Under the pieces are notes generated by a model. It searched no databases and was not told the origin of the DNA. It saw only the letters and a list, made by a program, of their open reading frames with translations. This document shows positions 10,070 to 19,795 of a DNA stretch of 64,000 bases, in pieces. Position 1 is the first letter of the stretch; each line of letters starts with the position of its first letter. The position numbers were made by a program, and so were the translations under genes. The stretch is from an uncultured Thermoleophilaceae bacterium (GTDB lineage: Bacteria > Actinomycetota > Thermoleophilia > Solirubrobacterales > Thermoleophilaceae): the NCBI GenBank assembly GCA_963808775.1, contig CAWEGR010000006.1, forward strand, positions 5,638 through 69,637. Reading direction: 5' to 3'.

Positions 10070-11380
10070 ATGTCGATTCGCCTCCTCCTCTCTCTCGCGC
10101 TGTCAGTCCTCGCGCTCGCGGCGCTGCCGGCGGGGGCGTCGGCCACGGATTGGGTGCCCGGTGAGGTGATCGTGGGCTACGAGGACGGCGCCACGGCGGC
10201 GGCCACAGCCGGCGCCGCGGAAGCCGCCGGCACGGTCACGGAACAGCCGCTCCCGGGTGACTCGGAGCAACTCGCGATCGAGGACGGGGACTCGGTCCGC
10301 GAGACGATCGCCGAGCTCGAGGCCGACCCGAACGTTGCCTACGCGGTCCCCAACTGGCGAGCGCACGCGGCGGCCACGCGGCCGAACGACCCCGCGGCGA
10401 GCCTGCAGTGGAACCTGTTCGACACCTGGGGCATCAACCTCGTCGAGGCATGGACGCTCGCCGAGGGGCTCGGCGCGCCACTGGGCCAGGGCGCGGTCGT
10501 GGCCGTACTCGACAGCGGCGTCGCCTACGAGACGCGCGGGCGCTTCCGCAAGGCGCCCGACCTGCGCCACTCAACGTTCGTGAAGCCGTTCGACTTCATC
10601 GACAACGACCGGCACCCGAACGACGCGTACGGGCACGGCACCCACGTGGCCGGGACGATCGCCCAGTGGACGAACAACAGGGTCGGCACGGCCGGAATCG
10701 CGCCGCGCGCGAAGGTCATGCCGCTGCGGGTGCTCGACAGCTTCGGTTCCGGCGACTCCGCCGCGATCTCGCGCGCGATCCGCTACGCGGCGCGCCACCA
10801 CGCGGACGTGATCAACCTGTCGCTCGAGTTCCCCGCGGAGGTGCGCGCGCGTGAGATCCCCGACGTGCTGTCGGCGATCCGCTACGCGAACAGGCGCGGC
10901 TCGCTCATCGTCGCGGCGGCCGGCAACCAGGAGGACGTCAGGATCGCCTACCCCGCGCGCGCGGAGCACGTGGTCTCCGTCGGCGCCACGACGGTCACCG
11001 GCTGCCAGGCCTGGTATTCGAACTCGGGCGAGGACCTCGACATCAGCGCTCCGGGCGGCGGGATCGACGCGGCCAACACCGACAGCGTCTGGGACAGCCA
11101 GCATTGCGACACACAGGAATTCGGCCGGCCGATCGTGCAGCAGACCTTTGCTCATGAGGCCCGGGTGCGCCGCTTCGGCTTCCCGCGCAATTACGAGGGC
11201 ACGTCGATGGCGGCCCCGCACGTGTCGGCGATCGCCGCGCTCCTGATCGCGAGCCACCGGATCGGCCGTAACCCGTCCCCCGCCCAGGTCGAGGAACACC
11301 TCGAGGCCACCTCGCGCCACACGGACCGGCCGGACCGCTACGGCGCCGGGATCGTGGACGCCGCCGCCGCGCTGCGCTAG
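10070..11380 (+). CDS. Secreted subtilisin-like serine protease (peptidase S8)
   Basis: Signal peptide MSIRLLLSLALSVLALAALPAGASA. Catalytic triad contexts VAVLDSGV, HGTHVAGT and GTSMAAPHVSA. The upstream 100 codons of the track ORF are a shadow of tadA. Confidence 0.9.
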   Translation: MSIRLLLSLALSVLALAALPAGASATDWVPGEVIVGYEDGATAAATAGAAEAAGTVTEQPLPGDSEQLAIEDGDSVRETIAELEADPNVAYAVPNWRAHAAATRPNDPAASLQWNLFDTWGINLVEAWTLAEGLGAPLGQGAVVAVLDSGVAYETRGRFRKAPDLRHSTFVKPFDFIDNDRHPNDAYGHGTHVAGTIAQWTNNRVGTAGIAPRAKVMPLRVLDSFGSGDSAAISRAIRYAARHHADVINLSLEFPAEVRAREIPDVLSAIRYANRRGSLIVAAAGNQEDVRIAYPARAEHVVSVGATTVTGCQAWYSNSGEDLDISAPGGGIDAANTDSVWDSQHCDTQEFGRPIVQQTFAHEARVRRFGFPRNYEGTSMAAPHVSAIAALLIASHRIGRNPSPAQVEEHLEATSRHTDRPDRYGAGIVDAAAALR

Positions 11381-11384
11381 CGCC

Positions 11385-11828
11385 TCAGGTCGTGCGGATG
11401 ATCAGCACGCTGCAGGGGGCGTGGTGCGAGATCTTGTTCGGCACGCTGCCGAGCAGGAACCGCTTCGCCCCCGTCATGCCCTTGTTGCCGACGACGATCA
11501 GGTCGGCCTTCATCTCCTCCGCGACGTCGAGGATCGCGTCGGCCGGATCGCCCTCGCGCGCGTGAAGCTCGACCTCGAGGCCGGCGGCGCGAAAGCCCTC
11601 CGCCGCGCGCTCGAGCGTCGTGGTCACGTCCTCGCGCGGACTCACGAGCCAGCCCTCCTCCTCGGCCGTTGCCTCGCGCTGCTCCTCGAGCCGCTGCTTC
11701 GACACGGGCTCGTAGGCGCTCACGACGTGGACGAGCGCGCCCAGCTTCACGGCGAGATGGGTTGCCTCCTGCACCGCCTGGCCGGCGGTGTCCGAGCCGT
11801 CCGTCCCGATGACGATCGATGCGAGCAC
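11385..11828 (-). CDS. Universal stress protein (UspA family)
   Basis: IVIGTDGSDTAGQAV...ADLIVVGNKGMTGAKRFLLGSVPNKISHHAPCSVLIIR is a typical USP ATP-binding C-terminus. Confidence 0.9.
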   Translation of the reverse strand: MLASIVIGTDGSDTAGQAVQEATHLAVKLGALVHVVSAYEPVSKQRLEEQREATAEEEGWLVSPREDVTTTLERAAEGFRAAGLEVELHAREGDPADAILDVAEEMKADLIVVGNKGMTGAKRFLLGSVPNKISHHAPCSVLIIRTT

Positions 11829-11872
11829 CCAACGATCATAAGTACAGTTCGCGGTTTGGCCAGATCGCCAGT

Positions 11873-12511
11873 ATGTTGGGCTCGATGGCCACTCCTACGC
11901 GGTGTCTGGCCGTCGACGACCATCCGACCGTGAGGCAAGGACTCGCTCTCATGTTCGGCCAGACTCCCGACCTGGAGCTGGTGGGAACGGTCGACGACGG
12001 CGAGGGCGTGATCGACGCTGTTCGAAAGCTGCGCCCGCAGGTCGTGATCATGGACGTTCGACTGCCCGGCATCGACGGCATCTCCGCCGTGAAGCGGATC
12101 GCCGAGGCCTCCCCGGACGTCCACACGGTCATGTTCTCTGCCTACGGCGACAAGCGCCTGCTGTCCGACGCGATCGCGGCGGGCGCCAGGGGCTACGTGC
12201 TGAAGGGCTCTCCGCCCGAGGACCTGCTGCGCGCCGTGCGCACGGTCACGGGCGGCAAGCCGTTCGTGGACCCGTCGCTGTCGCCTGCGCTCCTGATGAA
12301 CGCGGTCGGTCCGGACGCGCCGCTGTCCGAGCGCGAGCGCGAGATCCTGCAGCTGCTCGCGGGGGGCTTCCACACGGAGGAGGTCGCGCGCCGCATCGGG
12401 CTGTCCGCCGAGACCGTGAAGTCCGACACGAAGCGCGCGATCCTGAAGCTCGAGGCCGACACGCGCGTGCACGCCGTGGCGATCGCGCTGCGTCAGGCGC
12501 TGATCGAGTAG
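11873..12511 (+). CDS. NarL/LuxR-family response regulator (REC plus HTH); no cognate kinase nearby
   Basis: CLAVDDHPTVRQGL...VVIMDVRLPGIDG (receiver domain). LSEREREILQLLAGGFHTEEVARRIGLSAETVKSDTKRAILKL (LuxR HTH). An alternative start lies at 11885. Confidence 0.9.
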   Translation: MLGSMATPTRCLAVDDHPTVRQGLALMFGQTPDLELVGTVDDGEGVIDAVRKLRPQVVIMDVRLPGIDGISAVKRIAEASPDVHTVMFSAYGDKRLLSDAIAAGARGYVLKGSPPEDLLRAVRTVTGGKPFVDPSLSPALLMNAVGPDAPLSEREREILQLLAGGFHTEEVARRIGLSAETVKSDTKRAILKLEADTRVHAVAIALRQALIE

Positions 12512-12608
12512 CGCTCTGCCACTCTTGCGGGCGTGGAGATCCCGCGCTTCTGGATCGTGATGCAGGTCCTGATCGTCATCTTCGTCCTGATCGGGATGGG
12601 GATCGCGA

Positions 12609-13743
12609 TCACGAAGCTGGCCTGAGCGGCGGCGCCTCCTCGCGAGCCGGCTCGAGCTCCTCCTCGAGCGGAGCCGGAAGCGCGATGTCGGTGCGTTTCT
12701 GCTCGGCCTCCGCCTGCTCCACCGGCTTGACCCAGAACTCCTCGACCACGATCGCGATCAGGGACAGGATCGGCACGGCGACGAACAGGCCGACGAAGCC
12801 GAACAGCTGGCCCACCACGACCACGCCGATCGCGATCAGCGCCGGGTGCATGCGCACGCGCGCCGACATCACGATCGGGATCGTCACGTTGCTCTCGAGC
12901 TGTTGGACGAGGATGTAGGCGGCGAGCACGATCAGCGCCTTGCCGGGCGAGTCGGTGAGCGCGAACAACGTCGGCGGGATGGCGCCGGCGATCGCGCCGA
13001 AGTAGGGCACCACCACGAGCAGCGCCGACAGGACCGCGAAGAAGATCGCGAAGTCGAGCCCGATGATCGTCAGCGCTATGGCGAGCAGGACGAAGGTCAC
13101 GACCATGTCGATCGCGACCCCCTCCATCCAGCCGATCCATGACCTGCGCAGCCGCCCGAGCACGTGGCGGAGGTGGTCGCGGCGGGAGGTCGGGGCGAGC
13201 CGAACGAGGCCATCGACGAGCGGCTTCGGGTTCGCCGCCATGTAGTAGGCCGTGATCAGGATCAGCACGAGCGCGGCCGCGATCCCCGCGAGGTTCAGCC
13301 CGATCGAGGTGATCGGGCCGATCAGCGCGATCCGGATCGTCCGTGTAGCGCTCGACGAAGTTCTCGATCTGATCGCCGACCTCACCGGGTTGCTGGCCCG
13401 TGAAGTCGGCCCACATCTCCTCGAGGTCCTCGACGATGCCGGGGACGTCATCCGCGAACTCGTTCGTCTGCTCGACGAACGGAGGGATCAGGAGATAGAT
13501 GACGAGCGCGAGGGCGCCGAGCCCGGCGAGCAGGCCGATCAGGGTGCCGAGCGGGCGCGGGATCCTGTAGCGCTCGAGCCGGGTCGCCGCCGCGGCGAGC
13601 GGGATGGCGACGATGATCGTGATCAGGATCGCCAGCAGCAGCGTGACGAGCTGGCGGAACAGCAGGCCGACCAGAAGCAGGCCTGCCGCGAGCAGGACGG
13701 CCCTGTAGACGACCTGGGGCGAGGATGTCCGTTCCGTGTTCAT
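12609..13743 (-). CDS. AI-2E family transporter (PerM/UPF0118), one frame break near 13335
   Basis: N-terminal part MNTERTSSPQVVYRAVLLAAGLLLVGLLFRQL...FVERYTD joins a second frame ...IALIGPITSIGLNLAGIAAALVLILITAYYMAANPKP...VQQLESNVTIPIVMS. It is multi-TM throughout. Confidence 0.8.
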
Positions 13744-13786
13744 CCCCGCCCCCTACGGTACGTCTATGTGCTGACGCGTGCGTGCG

Positions 13787-13975
13787 TCAGGTGCGGCGCT
13801 CGAGGTCCGCAACGTCGGCGGACTTCTCCTCGACACGGTCCTGGGCCTCGGCGAGCTTCTCCTTCTCCTCGCCCTTGCGCTCCTCGCGGCGTCCCTGCGC
13901 GCGCAGGCTGCCATCGCCCGTCACGTCTCCCGCGGCCTTCTTGGCGCGGCCTGTGATCTTGTCGATGATGCTCAT
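13787..13975 (-). CDS. CsbD-family general stress protein (62 aa)
   Basis: MSIIDKITGRAKKAAGDVTGDGSLRAQGRREERKGEEKEKLAEAQDRVEEK. The 475-aa track ORF containing it is a shadow frame. Confidence 0.85.
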   Translation of the reverse strand: MSIIDKITGRAKKAAGDVTGDGSLRAQGRREERKGEEKEKLAEAQDRVEEKSADVADLERRT

Positions 13976-14032
13976 GGTTTCCGCGTACCCCCGCGCGCCC
14001 GCCCGAAACGGCTCCCGGTAGCGTGCCGCGCC

Positions 14033-14767
14033 GTGACGAACGAGGAGGCGCACCGGCTCGCACGCGACAGGGGCGTCTCCGGGCCCCTCTACACGTTCGT
14101 GCGGCTGCTGCTCACCCCGTTCATGCGCATCTGGTTCCGGATGCACATCTCCGGGGCCGAGCACGTGCCCGCGGAGGGCGCGGCCATCGTCGCGCCGAAC
14201 CACAAGAGCTTTTTCGACTCGTTCTTCATCGCGGTCTGCACCAGGCGCCAGCTGCGCTTCATGGCGAAGACGGAGCTGATCGAGGCGCGCTACGGGCGCC
14301 TGCTGGTGCGCCTCGGGGCGTTCCCGGTGCGACGCGGCAAGTCGGATGCGGATGCGCTCGAGACGGCGCTCGAGATCCTCCGCCAGGGCGGGCTGCTCGC
14401 GCTCTTCCCGGAGGGCACGCGCGTGCGCGACCCCGAGGAGCTCGGCGACCCGAAGCGCGGCGCCGGGCGGATCGCGCTCGAGACCGGCGCGCCACTCGTG
14501 CCGTGCGCGATCACAGGCACGGAGAAGCTCTTCCTCGGCCCCTTCCCGAAGCCACGCCGCGTGCAGGTGGCATTCTCGGAGCCGATCCCGGTCCACCACC
14601 TCGCCTCGACCCCCGAGACGGCCGGCGAGCTCGTGAGCGACACGCTCTGGCCGCAGGTCGAGGACGAGTACAGGCGCCTGCGCGCGCGCCCGACCCTGAT
14701 CGCCGCGGGCCTCGCGGCGCTGGGGATCACGGGCGGCCTGATCGTGCGGAGCCGGCGCAAGCGCTGA
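14033..14767 (+). CDS. 1-acyl-sn-glycerol-3-phosphate acyltransferase (PlsC family)
   Basis: Acyltransferase motifs APNHKSFFDS (HX4D type), FPEGTR and PLVPCAI. GTG start at 14033. C-terminal TM segment. Confidence 0.85.
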   Translation: MTNEEAHRLARDRGVSGPLYTFVRLLLTPFMRIWFRMHISGAEHVPAEGAAIVAPNHKSFFDSFFIAVCTRRQLRFMAKTELIEARYGRLLVRLGAFPVRRGKSDADALETALEILRQGGLLALFPEGTRVRDPEELGDPKRGAGRIALETGAPLVPCAITGTEKLFLGPFPKPRRVQVAFSEPIPVHHLASTPETAGELVSDTLWPQVEDEYRRLRARPTLIAAGLAALGITGGLIVRSRRKR

Positions 14768-14806
14768 TGCCGGCGACCGTCCGGTCCCGGGACTAGGTTC
14801 GGCCGG

Positions 14807-15473
14807 GTGCGCCTGATCGTCGCCCGCTGCGAGGTTCGCTACACCGGCCGGCTGAGCGCCGTGCTGCCGGAGGCGCTCCGGCTCGTGATGGTCAAGTCGG
14901 ACGGCTCCGTGATGGTGCACGCCGACACGGGCGGCTTCAAGCCGTCGAACTGGATGACGGCGCCCGACCATCATCGAGGAGGAACCGGGCCTCATGGTGG
15001 TGCGCAAGCAGGGCGCCGAGGACCGGCTCGAGATCGCGATCGCCGAGGTGGTCTCGGACGTCACGCACGACATGGGCGAGGCCGCGGCGCTCGAGAAGGA
15101 GGGCGTCGAGCGCGAGCTGCAGGAGCTGCTCGCGGACGTCCCCGAGCGCTGCGGCGAGGGCCTGCGGCTGCTGCGGCGCGAGTGGCCCACGGACATCGGG
15201 CCGGTCGACCTCATGTGCCGCGACGGCGAGGACGGCTACGTGGCGGTCGAGATCAAGCGCGTGGCGACGATCGAGGCAGTCGAGCAGCTCACCCGCTACC
15301 TCGAGCGGATCTGCGCGGAGCCGGGGCTCGGCGACTGCCGGGGCATCCTCGCGGCACAGGCGATCAAGCCGCAGGCGCGCGTGCTCGCCGAGTCGCGCGG
15401 GATCGCGTGCGTCGAGGTCGACCTCGCCGTGCTGCGCGGCGAGCGCGAGCCCGACCTCACCCTGTTCGCCTGA
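14807..15473 (+). CDS. nucS: Endonuclease NucS (mismatch-specific EndoMS), one frame break near 14968
   Basis: GTG at 14807. [50 protein letters not shown] then shifts to [15 protein letters not shown]...[43 protein letters not shown]... Confidence 0.85.
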
Positions 15474-16320
15474 GCTCGGCCGCGAGCCCGGCGATGCGGC
15501 CGGACGCGAGATGTCCGGCGTCTTCCAGCATCCGCAGCCGGGCATCGGGGATTCGCTCCGCCAGCCAGCGCGAGTGCGCAGGCGGAACGATCTCGTCCTG
15601 TTCGCCGTGCCAGAGCCGGACCGGAACACTGATCGCCGCGGGGTCGAATCCCCACGGGCGGCCCTCGATCGCGTAGTCGTCGACGGTGCCGGCGGCGCCC
15701 TGGCGCAGTCCCTCGCACAGGCTCCTCACCAGCGAGCCGCGCACGGCCGGGGTCTGGGCGAGCTCGCGGTCAGGGCCCGTGAGATCCGCCGCGAACGCCG
15801 CCATCGCGGCGGCGGGCCACGCCTGCGCGAGCCGGCCGATCAGCCCCCACGACGCGAGCGCGAGCGGGCGGGCGCGCAGGGCCGCCGCCGTGGCGAGCCG
15901 GTCCGCGGCGGACATGCCATCCGCGAAGCCCGGCATGTCCGGCGGCCCGCTGCCCGCCAATACGCCCGCCACGCGCACCCGCTCGGGTAGCGCATACGCG
16001 CACGCGAGCGCGTACTTGCCTCCGCTCGAGTAGCCGAGCATGGCCACCTCGCCCTCGAGCCCGAGCGCGACGCAGGCCGCCTCCACGTCCCCCGGCCAGT
16101 CGAGCAGCCAGCGCCGGCGCGGACGCGTGGAGAGCCCGCAGCCCGGACGATCGAGGGCAATCAGCTCGACGCCCGCCCGGGTGAGAGCGTCGTGCTCGGA
16201 CGCGAAGTCGAGCCGCGAGCCCGGCAGGCCATGGAAGTAGAGCACCGGCTCGCCGGCGCCGATCCTCTCGACGCCGATCACCCGGCCGTCGGGCAGCGGG
16301 ACGACGCGCGTCAGGCTCAC
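15457..16320 (-). CDS. Alpha/beta hydrolase
   Basis: HGLPGSR oxyanion region, nucleophile elbow GYSSGG, C-terminal DAGH. The GTG start at 16320 overlaps the PPK2 stop as GTGA. Confidence 0.8.
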   Translation of the reverse strand: MSLTRVVPLPDGRVIGVERIGAGEPVLYFHGLPGSRLDFASEHDALTRAGVELIALDRPGCGLSTRPRRRWLLDWPGDVEAACVALGLEGEVAMLGYSSGGKYALACAYALPERVRVAGVLAGSGPPDMPGFADGMSAADRLATAAALRARPLALASWGLIGRLAQAWPAAAMAAFAADLTGPDRELAQTPAVRGSLVRSLCEGLRQGAAGTVDDYAIEGRPWGFDPAAISVPVRLWHGEQDEIVPPAHSRWLAERIPDARLRMLEDAGHLASGRIAGLAAELRRTG

Positions 16321-17081
16321 GCCGGCGGGACCGGGAAACCCGCCGCGCTCATACCCCGCTCCGTCTCCCTGATCACGGTCTCGATCACCTTCACGCGCGC
16401 GTACTGCTTCGACTCCGCCTCGATCGCGTGCCACGGCGCGGCCAGCGTGCCGGTGCGCTCGAACATCATCTCGACGGCCTCGCCGTACTCGGCGCGCTTC
16501 GAGCGGTTGCGCCAGTCCTCGGCGGTGATCTTCCACTGCTTGAGCGGGTCCTTCTCCCGCTTGCGGAAGCGCTTCAGCTGCTCGTCCTCCGAGATGTGCA
16601 GCCAGAACTTGACCAGCACCATGCCCTCGTCGCAGAGCGCCTGCTCGAACGCAGCGATCTCGCCGTAGGAGCGCTCGACCTCGTCGCCGCTCGCGAAGCC
16701 CTCGACGCGCTCGACGAGCACGCGTCCGTACCAGGAGCGGTCGAACACCGCCATGCCGCCGTGGCCCGGCAGCGCCGGCCAGAAGCGCCAGAGGAAGTGG
16801 TGGCGCTTCTCGTCGGTCGTCGGCGCCGAGAACTGCGCCACGCGCACGTGGCGCGGGTCGAGCGGGGCCACGAGCCGCTTGATGGCGCCCCCCTTGCCCG
16901 ACGCGTCCCAGCCCTCGAACACGACGCAGACCGGCGGGCCGAGCATCTCCTCGTAGCCGGCGAGCTTGCCGCCGAGCGCGAGCCGCAGCTCGGCGAGCCG
17001 GTCGAACGCGGCCGTGAGCCGCTGCGCCTCCTCCTTCTTCGTGAGCGCGAGGGTGAGGTCGAGCGAGTCGAGCCGGGTCAT
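16317..17081 (-). CDS. ppk2: Polyphosphate kinase 2 family protein
   Basis: VVFEGWDASGKGGAIKRL (PPK2 Walker A), FLWRFWPALP, FDRSWYGRVLVERVEGF. The ATG at 17081 overlaps the upstream stop as ATGA. Confidence 0.9.
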   Translation of the reverse strand: MTRLDSLDLTLALTKKEEAQRLTAAFDRLAELRLALGGKLAGYEEMLGPPVCVVFEGWDASGKGGAIKRLVAPLDPRHVRVAQFSAPTTDEKRHHFLWRFWPALPGHGGMAVFDRSWYGRVLVERVEGFASGDEVERSYGEIAAFEQALCDEGMVLVKFWLHISEDEQLKRFRKREKDPLKQWKITAEDWRNRSKRAEYGEAVEMMFERTGTLAAPWHAIEAESKQYARVKVIETVIRETERGMSAAGFPVPPA

Positions 17082-17905
17082 GCGGGCTGGAGCAGGCGGG
17101 CGTACTCGTCGAGCTGGCGCTCGACGGCGTCGGTCTCCACGGGGTCGAGCTGGAGGTGCGCGCGATCGACTCCTGCCCACGCGAGACGTTCGAGCGCGCC
17201 CGGCTCCGGCTTCGCGTTGTAGAACGAGACCGGCACGTGCCGGCCCGCGCGCGAGCGGAGCTCGTCGATCCGCTCCTTCAGCTGCTCGACCGAGGGGATC
17301 CGGATCGGCATCCACTCGTCCCCGTACGCCAGCACTCGGTCGAGCACCTTCGGCCCGTCGCCGCCCACGAGGATCGGCGGGTGCGGCTGCTGCAGCGGCT
17401 TCGGCCAGGACCAGATGGGATCGAAGTCCACGAACTCGCCGTGGTATTCCGCCTCGTCGTTCGTCCAGATCGCCTTCATCGCCTCGACGCGCTCCCGCAT
17501 GAGCGCGAAGCGCCGCCGCGGGTCCGTGCCGTGGTTGCGCATCTCCTCGAGATTCCAGCCCGCGCCCACGCCGAACTCGAACCGTCCGCCGGAGAGCCTG
17601 TCGAGCGACGCCACCTCCTTCGCCGTGACGATCGGATCGCGCTCCACCACGAGCAGGACCCCGGTCCCGATCCGGATCCGCTCGGTGGTCGCCGCCGCCA
17701 TCGCGAGCGCCACGAACGGATCGTGCATGTGGCTGTACTTGCGAGGCAGCTCCGGGCCGCCCGGCCAGGGCGTCTCCCGGTTCACCGGGATGTGCGTGTG
17801 CTCGGCGAATATCAGCGAGGCGAAGCCGCGCTCCTCCGCGAGCCGCGCCACACGGCCCGGGTCGATGCCGTAGTCCGTGGGGAAGAGCGCGAGCCCTATG
17901 TCCAT
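17078..17905 (-). CDS. LLM-class (luciferase-like) oxidoreductase, probably F420-dependent
   Basis: [40 protein letters not shown]...LDRLSGGRFEFGVGAGWNLEEM is the typical TIM-barrel LLM pattern seen in actinobacterial F420 enzymes. Confidence 0.85.
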   Translation of the reverse strand: MDIGLALFPTDYGIDPGRVARLAEERGFASLIFAEHTHIPVNRETPWPGGPELPRKYSHMHDPFVALAMAAATTERIRIGTGVLLVVERDPIVTAKEVASLDRLSGGRFEFGVGAGWNLEEMRNHGTDPRRRFALMRERVEAMKAIWTNDEAEYHGEFVDFDPIWSWPKPLQQPHPPILVGGDGPKVLDRVLAYGDEWMPIRIPSVEQLKERIDELRSRAGRHVPVSFYNAKPEPGALERLAWAGVDRAHLQLDPVETDAVERQLDEYARLLQPA

Positions 17906-19104
17906 CGGAGCGGCAGCCTCTCGAGGCCATACACGCCGTGGACCGAGCCGAGCTCGGGCTCGCCGTCGAGGGCGAGGCCGGGCATCCGCTGCGGCAGAAA
18001 CGAGAGCGCCTCCTGCAACTCCGCGCGCGCGAGGTTGGCACCGAGGCAGTAGTGGATCCCGGCGCCGAACGTGAGGTGCTTCGCGGAGCGGTCCGCGCCC
18101 ATGTCGAACGCGAGCGGATCGCCCGCGACCCCGTCCCGGTTGGCCGTGAACGAGCACACCATCACGACGGTGTCCGCCGGGAAGACGACGTCCCTGAACT
18201 CCACGTCCTCGTGCAGCAGCCGCGCCGTGAACGGCGTGATCGGCTCGTAGCGGATCAGCTCCTCGACCGCCGCGGGCGCCCGCTCGGGCTCGGCCGCGAG
18301 CAGCTCCCACTGCTCGGGGTGGGCCGCGAACACGCGCATGCCGTGGGCGAGCTGTGACTGCGTCGTGTCGACTCCGCCGACGAGCACGTTCAGCACGAGG
18401 TTCATGCACTCGACGTCGGACAGGCGGTCGCCGTCCTCGGAGGAGGCCGCGATCAGGGTCGAGATCAGGTCGTCGCCGGGGTCGTCGCGGCGGCGCTCGA
18501 TCAGGGCCCCCGCCCACTCGTAGAACTCCGCGCACGCCTGGTTGAGCGCGTCGCGCTCGGTCATCAGCGCGTGCGGGTCGAACTGGCGCTGGATCAGGTT
18601 CGACCAGTGATGGAGCCTGGCCGCGTCCTCGAGCGGCGCGCCCATGACGGTCGCGATCGTCATCGACGGGTAGGGCTTCGCGAACGCCTCCACGAACTCG
18701 CACGAGCGCGCATCCGCGAGCGGTTCCCAGAGCCGCTCGAGGAACCCGCGCATGGCGGGGCGCCAGCGGGCGGCGGAACGCGGCGTGAAGGCCGGGTTGA
18801 CGAGGTGCCGCAGGCGGGCGTGCTGATCCCCGTTGATGTGCAGGATGTTGCGGCGCATCTGCTCGAGCAGCGGCCCCTCCTCCACCTCGAACATCTCGGC
18901 GATCCGCATGCCCGGGAAGGTGGCGCTCTTCGTGCGCAGGAAGAACGCGGCGGCCTCGCGGTCGAGCACGAAGAATCCGAGCGGCGAGGTGGCGACCCAG
19001 CTGCGCGCGGCGAGCTCCTCCATCGTCTCGTGGAAGCGCTCTCCCCTGAGGTCCTCGCCGAGGTAGTCGAGCTCGGGGAGTTCGAGTTCCGTAACGAGGG
19101 CCAC
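17896..19104 (-). CDS. Cytochrome P450
   Basis: Haem-thiolate loop [18 protein letters not shown] (ExxR) and VGGVDTT (I-helix). Its 3' end overlaps the LLM start by 10 nt. Confidence 0.9.
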   Translation of the reverse strand: MALVTELELPELDYLGEDLRGERFHETMEELAARSWVATSPLGFFVLDREAAAFFLRTKSATFPGMRIAEMFEVEEGPLLEQMRRNILHINGDQHARLRHLVNPAFTPRSAARWRPAMRGFLERLWEPLADARSCEFVEAFAKPYPSMTIATVMGAPLEDAARLHHWSNLIQRQFDPHALMTERDALNQACAEFYEWAGALIERRRDDPGDDLISTLIAASSEDGDRLSDVECMNLVLNVLVGGVDTTQSQLAHGMRVFAAHPEQWELLAAEPERAPAAVEELIRYEPITPFTARLLHEDVEFRDVVFPADTVVMVCSFTANRDGVAGDPLAFDMGADRSAKHLTFGAGIHYCLGANLARAELQEALSFLPQRMPGLALDGEPELGSVHGVYGLERLPLRWT

Positions 19105-19131
19105 GCGCGCGGGACACTACTCTTGACAACC

Positions 19132-19788
19132 ATGTCCTTCCTCTTCCGCCACAAGACCGAGATGCCCGACCAGGCCGACGCGCTGCCGGGGCGGGACACG
19201 CGTCCGTTCGACGTTCCCGAGACGCACTTCGTGCTCGGCACGCCGCTCGAGCCGCCCTTTCCCGAGGGGGTCGAGACGGCCGTCTTCGGCCTCGGCTGCT
19301 TCTGGGGCGCCGAGCGCGGCTTCTGGCAGGCGCCGGGCGTCTACACCACGGCGGCGGGCTACGCCGGCGGGTTCACGCCGAACCCGACCTACGAGGAGGT
19401 CTGCAGCGGGCGCACCGGGCACAACGAGGTCGTGCTCGTGGCCTTCCGCCCCGAGGAGATCTCCTACGACGAGCTGCTCAAGATCTTCTGGGAGAGCCAC
19501 GACCCGACCCAGGGCATGCGCCAGGGCAACGACGTCGGCACCCAGTACCGCTCCGAGATCTATACGGGCTCCGACGCCCAGCGCGAGGCCGCGCTCGCGT
19601 CGCGCGAGCTCTTCCAGCAGAAGCTGAGCGAGTCCGGCTACGGCGAGATCACGACAGAGATCGTGGATGCCCCCGAGTTCTTCTACGCCGAGGACTACCA
19701 CCAGCAGTACCTGGCGAAGAACCCGAACGGCTACTGCGGGCTCGGCGGCACGGGCGTCTCCTGCCCGATCGGCGTGTCGCGGCTCTAG
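19132..19788 (+). CDS. msrA: Peptide-methionine (S)-S-oxide reductase
   Basis: [12 protein letters not shown] active site and [22 protein letters not shown] at 19132. Confidence 0.95.
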   Translation: MSFLFRHKTEMPDQADALPGRDTRPFDVPETHFVLGTPLEPPFPEGVETAVFGLGCFWGAERGFWQAPGVYTTAAGYAGGFTPNPTYEEVCSGRTGHNEVVLVAFRPEEISYDELLKIFWESHDPTQGMRQGNDVGTQYRSEIYTGSDAQREAALASRELFQQKLSESGYGEITTEIVDAPEFFYAEDYHQQYLAKNPNGYCGLGGTGVSCPIGVSRL

Positions 19789-19795
19789 CGGCCGT

